The translations under genes were made by a program, and so were the position numbers. A stretch of DNA of 64,000 bases from the human T2T-CHM13v2.0 reference genome, Homo sapiens: the NCBI RefSeq assembly GCF_009914755.1, contig NC_060937.1; one strand, 5' to 3'. This document shows, piece after piece, positions 1-18,192 of this stretch (its first letter is position 1; each line of letters starts with the position of its first letter). A model generated the notes under the pieces. The model did no database searches, was not told where the DNA came from, and was given only the letters and a program-made list of their open reading frames with translations.

Positions 1-158
1 GTGTGACAGCTAACTAGGTGCAGGGTGGGGTGGGTGAGGCCAGAGGCTGGAGGACCAGTTAGGAGGACATTGCAGTAGGAGACGTAAAAGTGGCTGTGAC
101 CAAGGTGATGTGATGGTGGCCAGGGTGGTAAGAGGTGGTAAGGTCTGGATATACTTTA
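1..158 (-). mobile_element. L2 LINE fragment
   Basis: ggaccagttaggaggacattgcagtag...ggtctggatatact resembles the L2 reverse complement. Confidence 0.6.
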
Positions 159-1162
159 ATAGTTATTTCATAATTCAGACTTGGCTTGGTATTTCTGGTT
201 AAGTACATCTGATTGGACAACACTTAAGCCAGAGACATTTCTAGTATCTGCATGGTTTCCTCCTCACTTAAGAGTGCATGTGCCCAGCATTTGTGTGTGT
301 AAATGTTTGCACTGTAACGCTCCTGTTCATCAGTTTTAGTTTGTTCTGTTTTAAGGTGGGAAGGAATGTAGCTATCCTTTAGCCTTAACTAGTAATAAAA
401 GAGAAAAGGTAAATCTGTTCATCTTAAAAGTAATATATCCTTTAAAAAACAAATTGATATTTTGCTTTGTTTCCTCCCATCCCAAGGCAACCATCACTAA
501 AATTCGGTACCCATTCTTAATAAGAGTCCATTAAAAATCCTCCTCAATTCAGAGGGTTTCAGAAATTCGATACAAAGGTGGCAGTCATGTATAGAATAAG
601 TATCTCTGAACTTGAAAGCTAAGCAAAAATATTACTGAGGCCAACTGAAATCCTATGGAATTCAGCCAAGATTTAACCAGTCCAGAGCACTGCCAACACT
701 GGCTGAGGGCGGAATGCTGACGGGGCAAGGATGAGGCGCAGCCAGGACTTCGAAAAGGAAGCTGATATCAATGGAGGGAATTTTTCATCTGATGCAGCAT
801 TTCATATACTTAACACTCCAGTGAGTTCCTCCTGTTAGATTGTTTTAATGTTGTCATGCATTGTTTATATATTTATAAATAAGCCCAGGTAACAATTTTT
901 CATGCACCCTCTGGTCATAGTTGGGTGGCCCGGAGCACCCTGGCAGCCAAGCATGGCCTGCTGGCTGGTACACCAGTGGCCTGACAGCACAGATCTGAAG
1001 GAGGACAGATGCAGAAGGGGAAAGAATGTTTCACATTTCACTTGAAATCCTGAACTCTTAAATAAATGAGGAAATGAGGGAATGAGGCCCAAGCTTGTCT
1101 TTAGAACATACATTCTTCAACAATAAGACCTGGATCTCTTTCCATTTTCTATAAATACTTGA

Positions 1163-1415
1163 GGCAGCATTTGTACAATAGAAAGAAGATAGGGTTTGGA
1201 GTGAGACTGGGCTGGTTGAAATTCAAGTATCTCTTTCTGCTCTCTGTGAGGCCTGAACAACTTAACCTCCTAAGCCTCCATTCCCTTCTCTGTAAAAGAA
1301 GTTTTTAAAATATCTGCTTACCAGAGGTGTTCTAAGGATTATACCAACATACACAAAAATATAGGAACATACACAAAATACAGGAAGCACCTTCCATAGC
1401 ACAAGGCTCAGTAAT
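1163..1415 (+). mobile_element. MIR SINE, with a small internal tandem duplication (aacatacacaaaa..agg x2 near 1346-1386)
   Basis: MIR core cttaacctcctaagcctccattcccttctctgtaaaa. Confidence 0.65.
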
Positions 1416-1708
1416 AGCTCCTTTCTCTTTCTCCACCAGTGAGGTTCACTCCATAAATTTTGATGGATGATTAACAGGTATTTATAGTTTGTTCAATTTT
1501 GTATATCAAATATAATTAACAAGTTGTGTGATTAGTGTGGCAGGGGCTAAAAAAAATGAAACACATCTAATATAAATTTTTATTTTAGCATGCTTTTGTT
1601 TACTATTTGGTGTTTATAAATTCCTCTCTTCAGTGTTTCATATCACATTACTAGAGACAACCACAATAATAAAAAGAGGCAGAGATTAATTTCCATTCCT
1701 TGTAGAAG

Positions 1709-3606
<1,898 letters not shown>

Positions 3607-5377
3607 GAAGAAGAGAGGCAGGATGAGCTAATAGAGCCCTTGATGCATCACAGATGCCAGTTAGTTGCTTTACTCTGCAAGTCATGTTTAACTGAATGGA
3701 ATTTTCTAACAGGTGGAATTGCAGTGTCTAAAAAGGGCCTTAGAAACCCATTGACCAGCATTTAAAAAATAGTGTCATAACTTTAAGATTGAGCAGCAGA
3801 CTAAATTCTTCCAGGGTTTTGACCTCTTCTGAAGACATATTTGTATGCTCTGTGGGACTTTTCTGTTTCTGTGATCCATTTTGATGGTTTTAAACTATAC
3901 ATTGACAGATTCCTTGTGTGTGAAATGAAGAGTTTGAATAGATTATTTCTTAGGTCCCCTTCAACTTTGAAGTTGAAATTCTGAGACCCAGAGTTTTAGT
4001 TTTAAGCTATGGAGAAGACAGTCTTGGAAAATGCCTATGAAACTAAGGGATAAGTGATACTCCTCACATGGGAAGTCTCTCAAGCTGTTCTCTCTCTTCC
4101 AGTGAGGAAGGCTAACAGAGGAAGACCATGAAGCACACCAAGTGGATAGTGTGGGTTTCTCCCTAGCCTGCTTTGGTCTCTAAACGTTCATGTAGATAGA
4201 TTACAGTAGATTTAGGAATGCAGATGGTTACTGGTATTAATTAGATACCTAAAAGAATTTTAAGTCTTTGGCAATTGATATAACCATGTGTTTGTTTTAG
4301 TATTATGTTTATGAAGCATGGTATATGAAAAGAGGATGTTATTTGGGTTGATTTTAAATTTCTCAATTTAATATGACTTTGGAAGAGGTTCCTCACTACA
4401 AAATGGTCTATTTACCTATTTTTTAGTTTTCTCTATTTATTTATAAGGGTTGTATTCAGTAATATAAATGAAATAAAGGTGTGTGAAATACTCTGTGAAC
4501 TGTTCTGTACAAGCATTGCACTCTACATAGAGGATAATCATTAATAACATCATGAGCTTCCTTTTTATACAAAACTACTGTGTGTGTCATGGAGAATTTA
4601 AAAACCTCATAAACAAATCAAGTTGAAATAATTCTAATTGGAAAACAAGGAGAAAGTAGCTATGTCACTGTGGCCAAGGGGTGATTGAGGCTTTTTGTTT
4701 TCTTCAGTAACGGTTCTCTTTAGTTCTTTGATTTTTTTTTCTTTTCTTTCTTTCTTTTCTTTTTTTTTTTTTTTTGGTTTATAGATGTATTACATCTGAA
4801 AAATATTGAAAGTACAAAAACAGTATGTGAAGCAGGAGGTATGAAACCACTCATGATCCCACAATCTTGGAGCAACCACTAATGTTAGCAAACATTAATA
4901 TGTTTCCTAACTACTTCTTCTTTGATCTTAGTATAGTTAAAATCATTTTATATACACAGTCTTATAAACCTTATGTTCACTTAACATAATATCTCCAGCA
5001 CATTAACAGTGATAGAGCAGAAATATGGAGCCTTAGCCATTAAAGACATTGAGTTACTGAATCAACCTGGAACTACCTTCTAGTCATTTTGTTTTAAGTC
5101 AGACCCTGTTTTCTTTAAATCACTGAGGTTAGGTATTGTTATTTGCAGCCCAAATCATCTTAAACTGAGAAAGCTGTCCTAAATTTCTTATTTATTCCCA
5201 TGTACGATTTCTTACTTTTATAGCATGTGAATGTAGAGTAGATTTCTGTAAGTGGAATTTCTGAGTCACAGACTATATACTTTGTTTTTGTTTTCTGATG
5301 ATTTGTTTTATTTTCCTGTCAGCTCATCATAAGACTTTAAAAAATTATTATTTTAGTGAATTTTTTTGGTGTTTTAA

Positions 5378-6350
<973 letters not shown>

Positions 6351-6644
6351 AGAAGGAAAACAATTCTCTGTGACTTGGAAGTTATATGTCCAATTTTTGT
6401 TCTTCTTGTGGGTAATTAAAATTTGAACTTACTTGTTTATCATTAGAACAGTATCTATGGAGTTCTCCTAAGCCATGTGATCACTTCAGCACATTTTCTT
6501 TTCTTCTCCTTACCGTCTAAATTTTGTTGAAATAATGAGAAACATTTGTTCATTTTTTTTACATTATGCTCCTTCAAGCATGCTTTCAACTTACAATGTT
6601 GAAAGCATAATTTGCATTATGATTTCAACATTGACACGCATTAT

Positions 6645-6762
6645 TTAGACGAGGATCTTGCCATGTTGCCCAGGCTGGTTTTGAACTGTGGGGCTCAAGC
6701 AGTCCTCCCATCTCAGCCTCCCAAAGTGCTGGGATTACAGGCGTGAGCCACTGTGGCCAGCC
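6645..6762 (-). mobile_element. FLAM / Alu left monomer
   Basis: Single antisense left-arm monomer of about 118 bp. Confidence 0.8.
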
Positions 6763-6879
6763 TAGACCTCTCTAGCTTTGTTAGCTTTATTGCTCACTGC
6801 TGTTTCTCTTATACTTCTATTTATCTTTTACTTTCTTGAGTTTTTTATTCTATTTTTTCAGTTGATTATATATCCTCCC

Positions 6880-7620
6880 TTCCTTAAGAATATTTCTACA
6901 GATAAGGTATGTGGAAAGTATATTTTTGATTCCCCTGTTTATTAATGTATTTCTTCTATGTTATAGTAATGATAATTATAGTATTGATAATTCATCTAAA
7001 TTTAGAATTTGTGTGTCATAGACTTATCTTTTCAGAGTCCTATAAATCTTACTCCATTGTCTTTTAACACTTAGTATGGTAGATGAGAAACCCAGTGTTC
7101 ATCTCATTCATGTTCCTTTTTATTTTTTTAATCTTGGTGGAGGAGCGGATGTCTATTGGACTCTTTTTCTCTCTGACATTCCAAAGCTCTCCTAGGATGA
7201 GCATGGTTCTTTTGTGATTAATTTTGCCAAGCTCTGAATGAATAATTATATTCTAAAAAACTCATTTTGAGTTCTGTTTTTTTTCCCATTATTTATTACT
7301 TTTTCTTTACTTAAATATTATTTCTTCTGTTTTCTCTTTCTGAAATACCTATTAGACACAGATTTGATCTTCTACCATTCAGGTGCTATATTTTTCAGTC
7401 ATAATTTCCCATTTTTCCTTGTTTTCTTGTGCTTTCTGGGAGATTTCGTGGAGCAGGTCTTTCAGGTTCCCGTTTGGTTTTATGCAGGAGCCAGTCTGCA
7501 TTTCAGTGCATCTCTTCTTTAGGCTACCCATTTTGCTTTTTACTTTCATTTGCTATGTCCTATTGCTCCTTTTTCATCTCTCTTCATAATAACTTTTGTA
7601 ATCAATGATACAGATAAAAA
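6880..7620 (-). mobile_element. Ancient L1M fragment(s)
   Basis: T-rich degenerate L1-like sequence (ctccattgtcttttaacac...gatgagaa); boundaries approximate. Confidence 0.5.
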
Positions 7621-8230
7621 AGTTTAAATCTCACTGAGAAAATTTTAAAATGTGCAATCTTAAAAATTTTTAAATGTACAAACTTGTCTTGTTTCTAGCA
7701 GTTACCCTAATTATTCAAACATTTTCACTTCACCTAAAATACTGGGTCTTTCCCCTGTCTAGTTTGCTAGCTTCTCTGTTCACTCATCTGCCAAGTAGGT
7801 CTAATTTGTTCATTATTGGTAACTGAAATATGCTTTGTCAGAGGTTGTGTAGGTCATTATTCAGTTCTTTTCATTCCAGGCAAAAATAGGGAAAAACGTT
7901 AGATTTACTGTGATTTTTTTTATCTGCAGCTTAGAGTTCTAATAGTTTGTGTGGGGCAGGGTTGAAGCTGTAGGCAGTGGGAGACAACTGCAGGGCAGAC
8001 TTTGTCTTTGTTCAGGAACAGTGTTCCTTTTGTGTCTGCCTTGGCAGCTTCTGGCCCGCTGGGGTAGTTTCCCTTCCCCCTGAATAGCTGCCTGGCCTAG
8101 GCATCCAGGCAGAAACTCCAACCAGCATGGCTGCTGCTCCAGCACTGGCCTGGCCTCCAGCCTCTGCTCCAACCCTGGAGCTGTCAGTAGGCTCTGAAGT
8201 GGGGATCCTGGTGGACTTGGCCACCCCATG

Positions 8231-8440
8231 TGTAGTGGAGTGATTAAGAGTTTAAACTTGAGTCTGATCGCCTTTGTGTTCCAATCTTGGTTGTGCTACT
8301 TGAGAACTGTATAACATTGGTCATCTTGTTCAACTTCTGAGCCCCAGTTTACTCGTGTGTATAATAATATTGAAATTTGTTAACGGCTTAAGGCACTTAG
8401 TAGGGTATCTGGATCTAAATAATTGATGAATGGCAGCAGT
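8231..8440 (+). mobile_element. MIR SINE
   Basis: gtgattaagag...caacttctgagccccagttt core. Confidence 0.6.
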
Positions 8441-8894
8441 TTTGTTGTGGGTGTTCTGGGAACTGGCTGCTAATTGGCCTCTCCGCTCACTCTGCTGTTT
8501 GCTAAATTATTCCTGTTAGCTCTTCTCAAGGGGTCACTTTTGTGGATGGGTCACTTATGAAGTAGCCAGTCAGTGGTGGAGACTTTTTTTCTCCTGAATT
8601 AGTTGGATCATTTTAGCAAGAAGTGATGAGGGGAGGGAGTCACATGCATCATCTTGATTCTAGACCATCACAGGTAATTCTTTAAACCACCTGAAGTTTT
8701 TAGAACCAAATAAATAAATAGGGCAGCACCTTTTATTGTGTAATTCATTTGTCCCCCTATGATTTTTAATAAATTTTTAATATGCTAGTTAGTATATATA
8801 CTTTGGTCTGTTTCTGAGCTTTCAGTTCTTTCCCATTGGTCATTCTGTTTAATCTGGTGCAGTGCCACACTATTTTAGTCTTTCTTCAGTGACA

Positions 8895-9140
8895 GGAGAG
8901 AATCGTTGTTAAGAGCATGATGTTTGGAGACAGGTTGCCTGGGTTTGAATTCTGGCTCCTTTGATTAATTTCTAAGAGGTTAAATTAATTACTTACCTAA
9001 ATTACTTAACTTCTTTTTGCCTCAGTTCATCAGCTCCAAAATGGACATGAGGATAATCCCAATTTAGAGGACCATTGTAAAGATTAAATAATTCTCAGGT
9101 CATTAAAACTGAGCTTGGCTTTATGAGAGTTATTTGAATT
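8895..9140 (+). mobile_element. MIR SINE
   Basis: gttaagagcatg...cctgggtttgaattctggctc...ttacttaacttct..gcctcagtt. Confidence 0.7.
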
Positions 9141-9409
9141 ATTACAGGGCTTTAACAACCAAGAACTGATAGTGTAGTCTTGCAAAGCCCTAGAAGTGTT
9201 TTTTTTTTTTCAGAAGTAGTGGATGAAAATCTTACTCTGTGAGTTCTGTGAGGGCCAGGAACCCATTTTTACCCTCTTTGTATTCCTAGTACTAGACCTG
9301 ATTCATGATAAATACTCAATATATATTTACCAAACCTAAGGAAAAGTAGTACTTTAGCCTTTTAATACACAAAGATTTAAAAATATATCATGAATCCAGG
9401 TAAGAGTCA

Positions 9410-9622
<213 letters not shown>

Positions 9623-9850
9623 TAAGATTGGAAAAGGCTGTTTTTTTTGTTTTGTTTTTTTTTTCCCCATATATTCAGTACCAGGAAAGAACTATAGTAG
9701 AGCAAGGAGGACTTTTTTGTGAAGACATTTGTTTATTGATCAAAACAATAGGGTGCATCATGGTTGGGTTAAGTGGATTTATCCATAGGTCAGAGTTGGA
9801 GTAGAGGGAAGGGAAGAATGCAGAGTCCCCCCATAAGGAAGCCCTAAACA

Positions 9851-10177
<327 letters not shown>

Positions 10178-10529
10178 AGGAAGTCCTAAACCTTTTAAAT
10201 GGCAAGAGTTGAGAGAGAAATTATGACGTGATCATCATTTTTCATGCCAGGCTGTGAAGAACAGCAGCTTTGCGTAATTGAGAGAATTTCACAGAACAGC
10301 ATGTATTTTGTCTCTGTACCTTGAGGCATAAATTAGACGTGATCAAATCCAGATCTAGCTAATGCACTGTGCAAGGTGCTCTAAATGCCTATAAGCCATT
10401 TTTTTCGGCTTCCTGTCTTCTGTTTTCTAAATAGTGAAAACTTTTCACCAAACTTCCTGCATTTCACCTTTTGTCCTCCATGTCTGATTTCTTCCTCTCT
10501 CTGAGCATTCAGACAGCTTCAGAAATAGT

Positions 10530-10780
10530 CTCATGGTAAGGCTTAGGCTTTCGAGTCAAACTCCCGGGAGGAACTCCTGGTTCTTCTTCCCCATGGCTTG
10601 GGAACTACAGACAGGTGAGGGTCTCCACACTACAGTTTCTCACTTCTAAAGGGGAAGTGAAAACAGGATCTCTCTTACTCGTAGTACTTTTGTAAGGATT
10701 AAATGATACAAAGCAAATAAAACACAATGTGTCTGAAAATAATGAATGCTCAATATGTTATTAGTCCTTCTGCTACTATT
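10530..10780 (+). mobile_element. MIR SINE
   Basis: cagtttctcacttctaaa...tgtaaggattaaatgata...tgctcaata. Confidence 0.55.
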
Positions 10781-11249
10781 ATTTAATTTTTTCAACTAAT
10801 GGAAGGAAAACTGGCAGCTTTACTGTAACCATACCCTCATTCCCCATTTCTCTTCTGGTGTCCCTATATCTGGGCAGTACCAAAGTGTAATTCCCTTCTC
10901 AGATATGGAAGCACCTACATACACTTTAACCTGGCTTGACTCTCTTAATGGAAGGAATGCCCACCGGAAGTTTCATCATCTTTTTTTTCAACATGCTGGG
11001 TGCACAATTTTGTCTTCCCTTACATATATCAGGAACCCCAACAATCGTCCATTAGGTAATTGGTGATATTTCTTGAAAGATTTTGGTTTTTGCTGAGTTT
11101 TGTTCATTTTCAGGTCAATGAGTCTGTTAGCTTCAGCTACCTCTGTAACACACATTTATACATGCATATTTGCAGTTCACACACTGGCACACACACTCTG
11201 ATTTGTAAACACGCTTCAGACTAAAAAATTCCTCATTTTACAATGATCT

Positions 11250-11675
11250 TAGTTACCTTGGTCATGGTTAACTGGTTATTATCAAAACAGGCCTATAGGC
11301 TATGATCAGCCCTCAGTTAACCTGGGAAGTGCCAGTTCTAGCAGAGAGGCAAAGAGGGAATTAACCTTGACCCATTGAGGCATGATGGAGAACAGCCAGT
11401 CCTTGGGCTTCGTGATAAGAAAGGTCTTTTTAATGACGGAAAGCAAAATACCACAGCAATTACCCGGGGTCAGGTATGGAAAGTACTCATGAGACTCCAC
11501 AAAGTATATTTACCTAAGGCTTTAATAAAGACAGGATACAGTACAGCAGGGGAAAGAAAACAAGGCAAACGTTCAAGAGGTCTGGGATATTCCAGGTCCT
11601 CTGTCATCTGACAGAATGCTCTTTGTCTTTGGATCATGATCCATCTAGATACATGTGAGTGAGATCACTTGGCCT
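11250..11675. mobile_element. Probable ERVL-class LTR fragment (MER68/MER77-like)
   Basis: ...tttaataaagacaggatacagtacagcagg...gttcaagaggtctgg resembles this family; subfamily uncertain. Confidence 0.4.
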
Positions 11676-11955
11676 AGACAAATAGGTCAGTGGAACAGGA
11701 TAGAGTCCAGAAAGGGACCCACGTTTATATGGTCACTTTATTTTTGACCAAAGGGCAACGGCAACTCCGTGGAGAAAGAACAGGCTTTTCAACAAATGGT
11801 GCTGGAACAATTGGGTACACACATGTGAAAAAATGATCTTCGATCCATACCTCATACCACATGCAAAAATGAATACAAAGCAGATCATAGACTTAAATGT
11901 AAAACCTCAAATTATAAAACTTCTAGAAGAAACACCAGACAAAATATTTGTGACT
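11676..11955 (+). mobile_element. L1M ORF2 3' fragment
   Basis: cttttcaacaaatggtgctggaacaattgg...gacttaaatgtaaaacctcaaattataaaacttctagaagaaa. Confidence 0.85.
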
Positions 11956-12021
11956 AGAATCTGCATTTTAACAAGATCCCTAGGTTATTCTTATGCACAT
12001 TAAAATTTGAAAAGGACTGCC
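11956..12021. mobile_element. MER5 (hAT-Charlie) terminal fragment
   Basis: aatctgcattttaacaagatccctaggttattcttatgcacattaaaatttga. Confidence 0.7.
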
Positions 12022-12468
12022 TGGCACTATAAGGTGTGTTAGTTTTGCAGGTGAAAACTGGGGATGGAGGAGGAACAGTTGCCTCAGCAGGAGGCCAGCA
12101 TGTGCAGGGACATAGAGGTATGATGAGTTAGGGCAGGGATTTCATTGAGCAAGTTCATGCAAAAGGTTTTACCAGTGTGCAGTGAAATTTTTAAAAAAGG
12201 GGATGGGGCAATGCAATGAGCATTTTATTTCTAGAATTAAATTTCTTTGTGTTTTAAAATGATAAGATCATGTTTTTCTTAACTTTTTGTAAAATGAAAG
12301 TGCTAGCAAATTGTAGATTTTGTTTTTGTTTGAAATAATTTTTTTTTTTTGGCAAATGAAAAGTTGGCAACCCTCTGTTTCACTCACTACCCTTTTAGTT
12401 GTTTTTGTTATTGTTTTTTTGACCTATGAAATCCAAATGTTTGTCAGCTACCATGTTAGAGAACTGAG

Positions 12469-12996
12469 TGTTACAGGAAAGAGGTCCCGATCCAGACCCC
12501 AAGAGAGGGTTCTTGGATCTCTTGCAAGAAAGAATTCAGGGTGAGTCCACAGTGCAAAGCAAAAGCAAGTTTATTAAGAAAGTAAAGTGGTGAAAGAATA
12601 ACCACTCCATAGACAGAGTAGGGCATTCCTGAAAGTAAAAGGAGGAATGCGTCCACCCTAGGTACAGTGCTTGTACATATAGGATAAAAAAGATAATGGG
12701 GAGATGTGCTCTGCTACAAGGGTTTGTGATAAAGGATTAATTGTCTTAATTACTGTATTTTGCAAGAATTGATATTATTTAAAGCAAAATTAGGAATGCT
12801 TTTGTTCTCAAGATATTGGGATATTAGGACACTCCCAAGTCTGGGTCTGTTTAGTAAACATTACCAGTTCTTTTAACCGTAAACATCTAGAGGCTAGGAA
12901 TACCTAACTTTCTGCGAATGCAGCCCAGCAAGTCCCAGCCTCATTTTCCTAGCCCTCACTCCAGATGGAGTCACTCTGGTTTGAATGCCTCTGACA
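12469..12996 (-). mobile_element. MER41 (C/D-like) ERV1 solo LTR
   Basis: TG...CA termini. The reverse complement starts tgtcagaggcattcaaaccagagtgactccatc. Flanks tgag/agag form a 4-bp TSD with 1 mismatch. Confidence 0.9.
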
Positions 12997-13029
12997 AGAG
13001 TAGTTTACTAATGGGGCCAGCGTTGGGCA

Positions 13030-13350
13030 GCTAGGGTGGATAGGGTCAGAGAAACAGACAGAGGTCAGATCCTGGAGGGCCTGGTAAACTATAGAGTTGA
13101 GCGTGGTCCTCAAATCTTTGAAGGTTCTGACATAATTAGATTTGGATTTTAGAAAGATGACTGCCAGGGCCTGGGTGAAGAAGGGATCAGAGAAGGATGA
13201 AAAGGAGTAAGGAGACCAGCTAGTATGCTCCTGGGGGTGGGGTATTAATGAGAGTGTGAACTAAGGCAGTACGGATAGCAGAGAAGACAGATTTTAGTCA
13301 CATTAAGGAGGAAGAATTTGACAGGGCTGAGCAACATATTGGATGGAAGA
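13030..13350 (-). mobile_element. L2 fragment
   Basis: cagatcctggagggcctggtaaac...ttttagaaagatgactg...ggagaccagctag. Confidence 0.6.
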
Positions 13351-15500
13351 GATAACTTTATTCTCTGCGTTTAAATTTTGGTGAATTTAGTATTCCCAAA
13401 TAAGTGCAAGTGAGTGGATTTCTTAAAACTCTTAGATGGATTGATTTAAATGACTATAGAATGATTGAGCTTCCGTGCAGTGTAGTCCCTCAAAGACGAA
13501 AAGAAACTCATTAAAATGAGATCAGAGGGTTAATCCGTTTGCACACAAAAATACCCATTCATGAAAAGCTATGCTGTGTGAGTCAGAAAATGCTGATTTC
13601 ATTCATTTTATTACCTACATAACTCCTTGAAAGTATGCTGGCTAGTAAAAATATTGGGCACTGCTAAACTTTTTGGATTTTTATTTTTGCAGGGCTTAAC
13701 TTGATACTGATGCATAATATGCAGAGCAATGATTTACATGTTATGCTTCATTACGGAATGGCCTTTGGCGAAGGGACTATGTGGCTTATCAGCCTTAGCT
13801 CAAGCTCAAGATTCTTTGGAATTTCAGAATCTTTTTGCAGTTTGATAAATTCTTGAAGAAAATTTTAGAAAATAATTTAGTTACAGCTATTGCTTTTACC
13901 CCACTTTCCCCACAAAAACAAAAATAAGGGCTAATAAACAGAAGTTTCTGTTTCTATGGCTTCTCTGTGCATTTAATGAGTTTACATGTATGCTTTTTTT
14001 ATTGTCACAAAATCAAGGGAGGTCAAGAATATAATGAATTGTCTCTGGCAAGAGACTTTTCTCAACCAAAAATATAAAGAAATTTTGCTATCGTGGGTTC
14101 ATCTGCACTTTTTTACACCATGTACTTTGATATATCAAGGAACATTGATGCACAATTCTATAGAAGCTTATGGGAAAGGCTCAATGTGGAAGAAAAGGTA
14201 ATGTGATTTTGATTTATGGGATTTATTAACATTCATGAGTATACATTATGCATCACCAAAACCCACAGGAAGAAAGGTTGATTATAGGAGGAGGGGTTAT
14301 CTGTATACTGTGGTTTTCCAAGATAACATGAGACTTTTTTCAGCCATTTATTCAAAATCATCACTTTATTCCAAGCAAAATTGTAGAGGGCAGTAGTTAC
14401 TGTCGTTTGTTTATTTGACTTGGCAGAGGAATGATATATCATTGTCTTTTAGATTTTTTTGTTTTATACCTCCTTTGTATCCCTACAAAACATATCAGAT
14501 TTATTTAAAGTTTGTGAGAAATGGTTAGTCTTATTTTTTAATATAGGCTGGATTATGAGGGCTTTTATGATTCCATCCAGAAACTCAGTACTTGTCTCTT
14601 TGTCATAAAGGAAAGTAGATGGATATTCGAAATAATGTAGATTATGTAATGTGGAATCTGAATTATTTTATGCCATTTGGTGTTTTTCAGTAGTGAGGAG
14701 AATTTAATCTTCTAATGAAATACATTTAAGCACTGCAGAAGTAGGCATTTTCATCTACTCTGCTAACTTCAAAGACGCCCATATGCTGTTGTCTCCTTTC
14801 TCATTGACATATACTACCATCATATATATTGAGAATATTTGACATGAGAGCTTTTAAAAAATTTCTAGCAGGATTATTCTGATACTGTGTATCAATTATT
14901 ATTATTTTTAACATTTGGGCAAATATGCTAGATAATTAGCCTCAGCTGTTCAAATCTTTAAAAGCACAATTTATTCAAGGTGGTTCATTCATTTTAGAAG
15001 CCCAGAATTTGTTTGTTATCTAGAGATAAAGTGTTTTATCTGTGAACTTTTTATTAATATCAATAAAGGATATTAAATCAATTCAGATTGCTAAGTAAAT
15101 GACAAAAGTGTTTAGTACTGCTTGAATTAATAATCACTACTGTTTTTCTATTTATAATCTGTGCTCCCAGAAGAGGCTGTTGTATATAATTTATACAATT
15201 GTTGATATGAGTCAAAAGCTGAAGATTTTTAAAAACAGTTTCTTGTGGGCAATTTCAAATATATACAACACACAGAAATAGCAATATATCCGTCATGCAG
15301 CTTTAGTTATCAACCTTTGTCAGTCGTATTTCATGCATCTACTCCTTCCACCCTTTGTTGGGTATGGATGTTGGGATTTGCTGTGAACAAATTTTAGATT
15401 ACTCTATCATTTTACCTGGTAATGCTACAGTACATATCTATAAAGGATAACTGGTTCCACATACCCTAGTGCCTCTTTATCACACAGAGATAAATGAATA

Positions 15501-15858
<358 letters not shown>

Positions 15859-16004
15859 TCATAAAGGATAAAGAGAAATAGAGACAGCGCAGGCAGAAGA
15901 GTTGGACTTTCTGTCTTCTGCTCTGCTGTATTTAATTTTGTTAGTGGAAGTTATTTTCTAAAACCACGTTCTATCCAAGTTGGGTCCATCTTATTCATGG
16001 AGCA

Positions 16005-16302
<298 letters not shown>

Positions 16303-16478
16303 TGTTCATGGAGCATTTCTAGTCACCACTGAAATATAAGAGGTGGTATTGAAAAATGTGTTTGGCATGTTTTTTATGAGAGCATAGCAAAGAAAAGTGG
16401 TTATAATCTAATGATGCATGATTGAATTCCTCTTTTCTCTGAAGAGGTCTGCATGCATTCCTATAGAATATTTTGTCG

Positions 16479-16837
<359 letters not shown>

Positions 16838-17210
16838 TTACAGTTATCGTAATAATCTTATTTAATCTGGAAAAGGAAATACATTTTGATCTGATCTTGA
16901 GCTAATTTCCTTGTCATTAGTTGTCTTCATTTTAGGATTGGCATTTTTCAAAATTTATCTAAGAGTCTGAGATATTATCTCTCAATTATTGACCCTTTCC
17001 CCCATTTTCTTATTAGTCTTTCCAGTTATCTATATCTTAGACCTTTTCATTCTAATCTTTTTTACCTTGTTTTTCATGTTCAGCCTTTCACATTTTCCAT
17101 ATCTTTGTCTCTGTGAATACCGTATTCTATTAAGAGATTGCTTTTCATTTATCTTACAATTTATATATTCTTTCTTCACTTGTAGCTAATTTGATTTATT
17201 TGACCCTTGA

Positions 17211-17909
<699 letters not shown>

Positions 17910-17997
17910 ATGTGGCCATGTGTCTTTAATTGCTGCACCTTTGGCAACTCTATGAAGACTACAGTTGTGGAGAGAGAGAATCATTCTGCTATTTTCC

Positions 17998-18192
17998 TTT
18001 TTTTTAAATTGTAAAATATATATAACATAAAGTGTATCATTTTAACTATTTGTAAGTGTTCAATTCATTGTCATTAGGTATAGTCACAGTCTTGTGCAAC
18101 CATCACCACTGTCCATTTCCAGAATTTTTTCATCATCCCAAGCGGAAATTCTGTATCCATTACACAATCACTCCTTGTTCCCCTTCCCCCAG
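17998..18192 (-). mobile_element. L1MB-type 3' end
   Basis: ttgtgcaaccatcaccactgtccatttccagaatttttt catcatccca. Confidence 0.8.
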
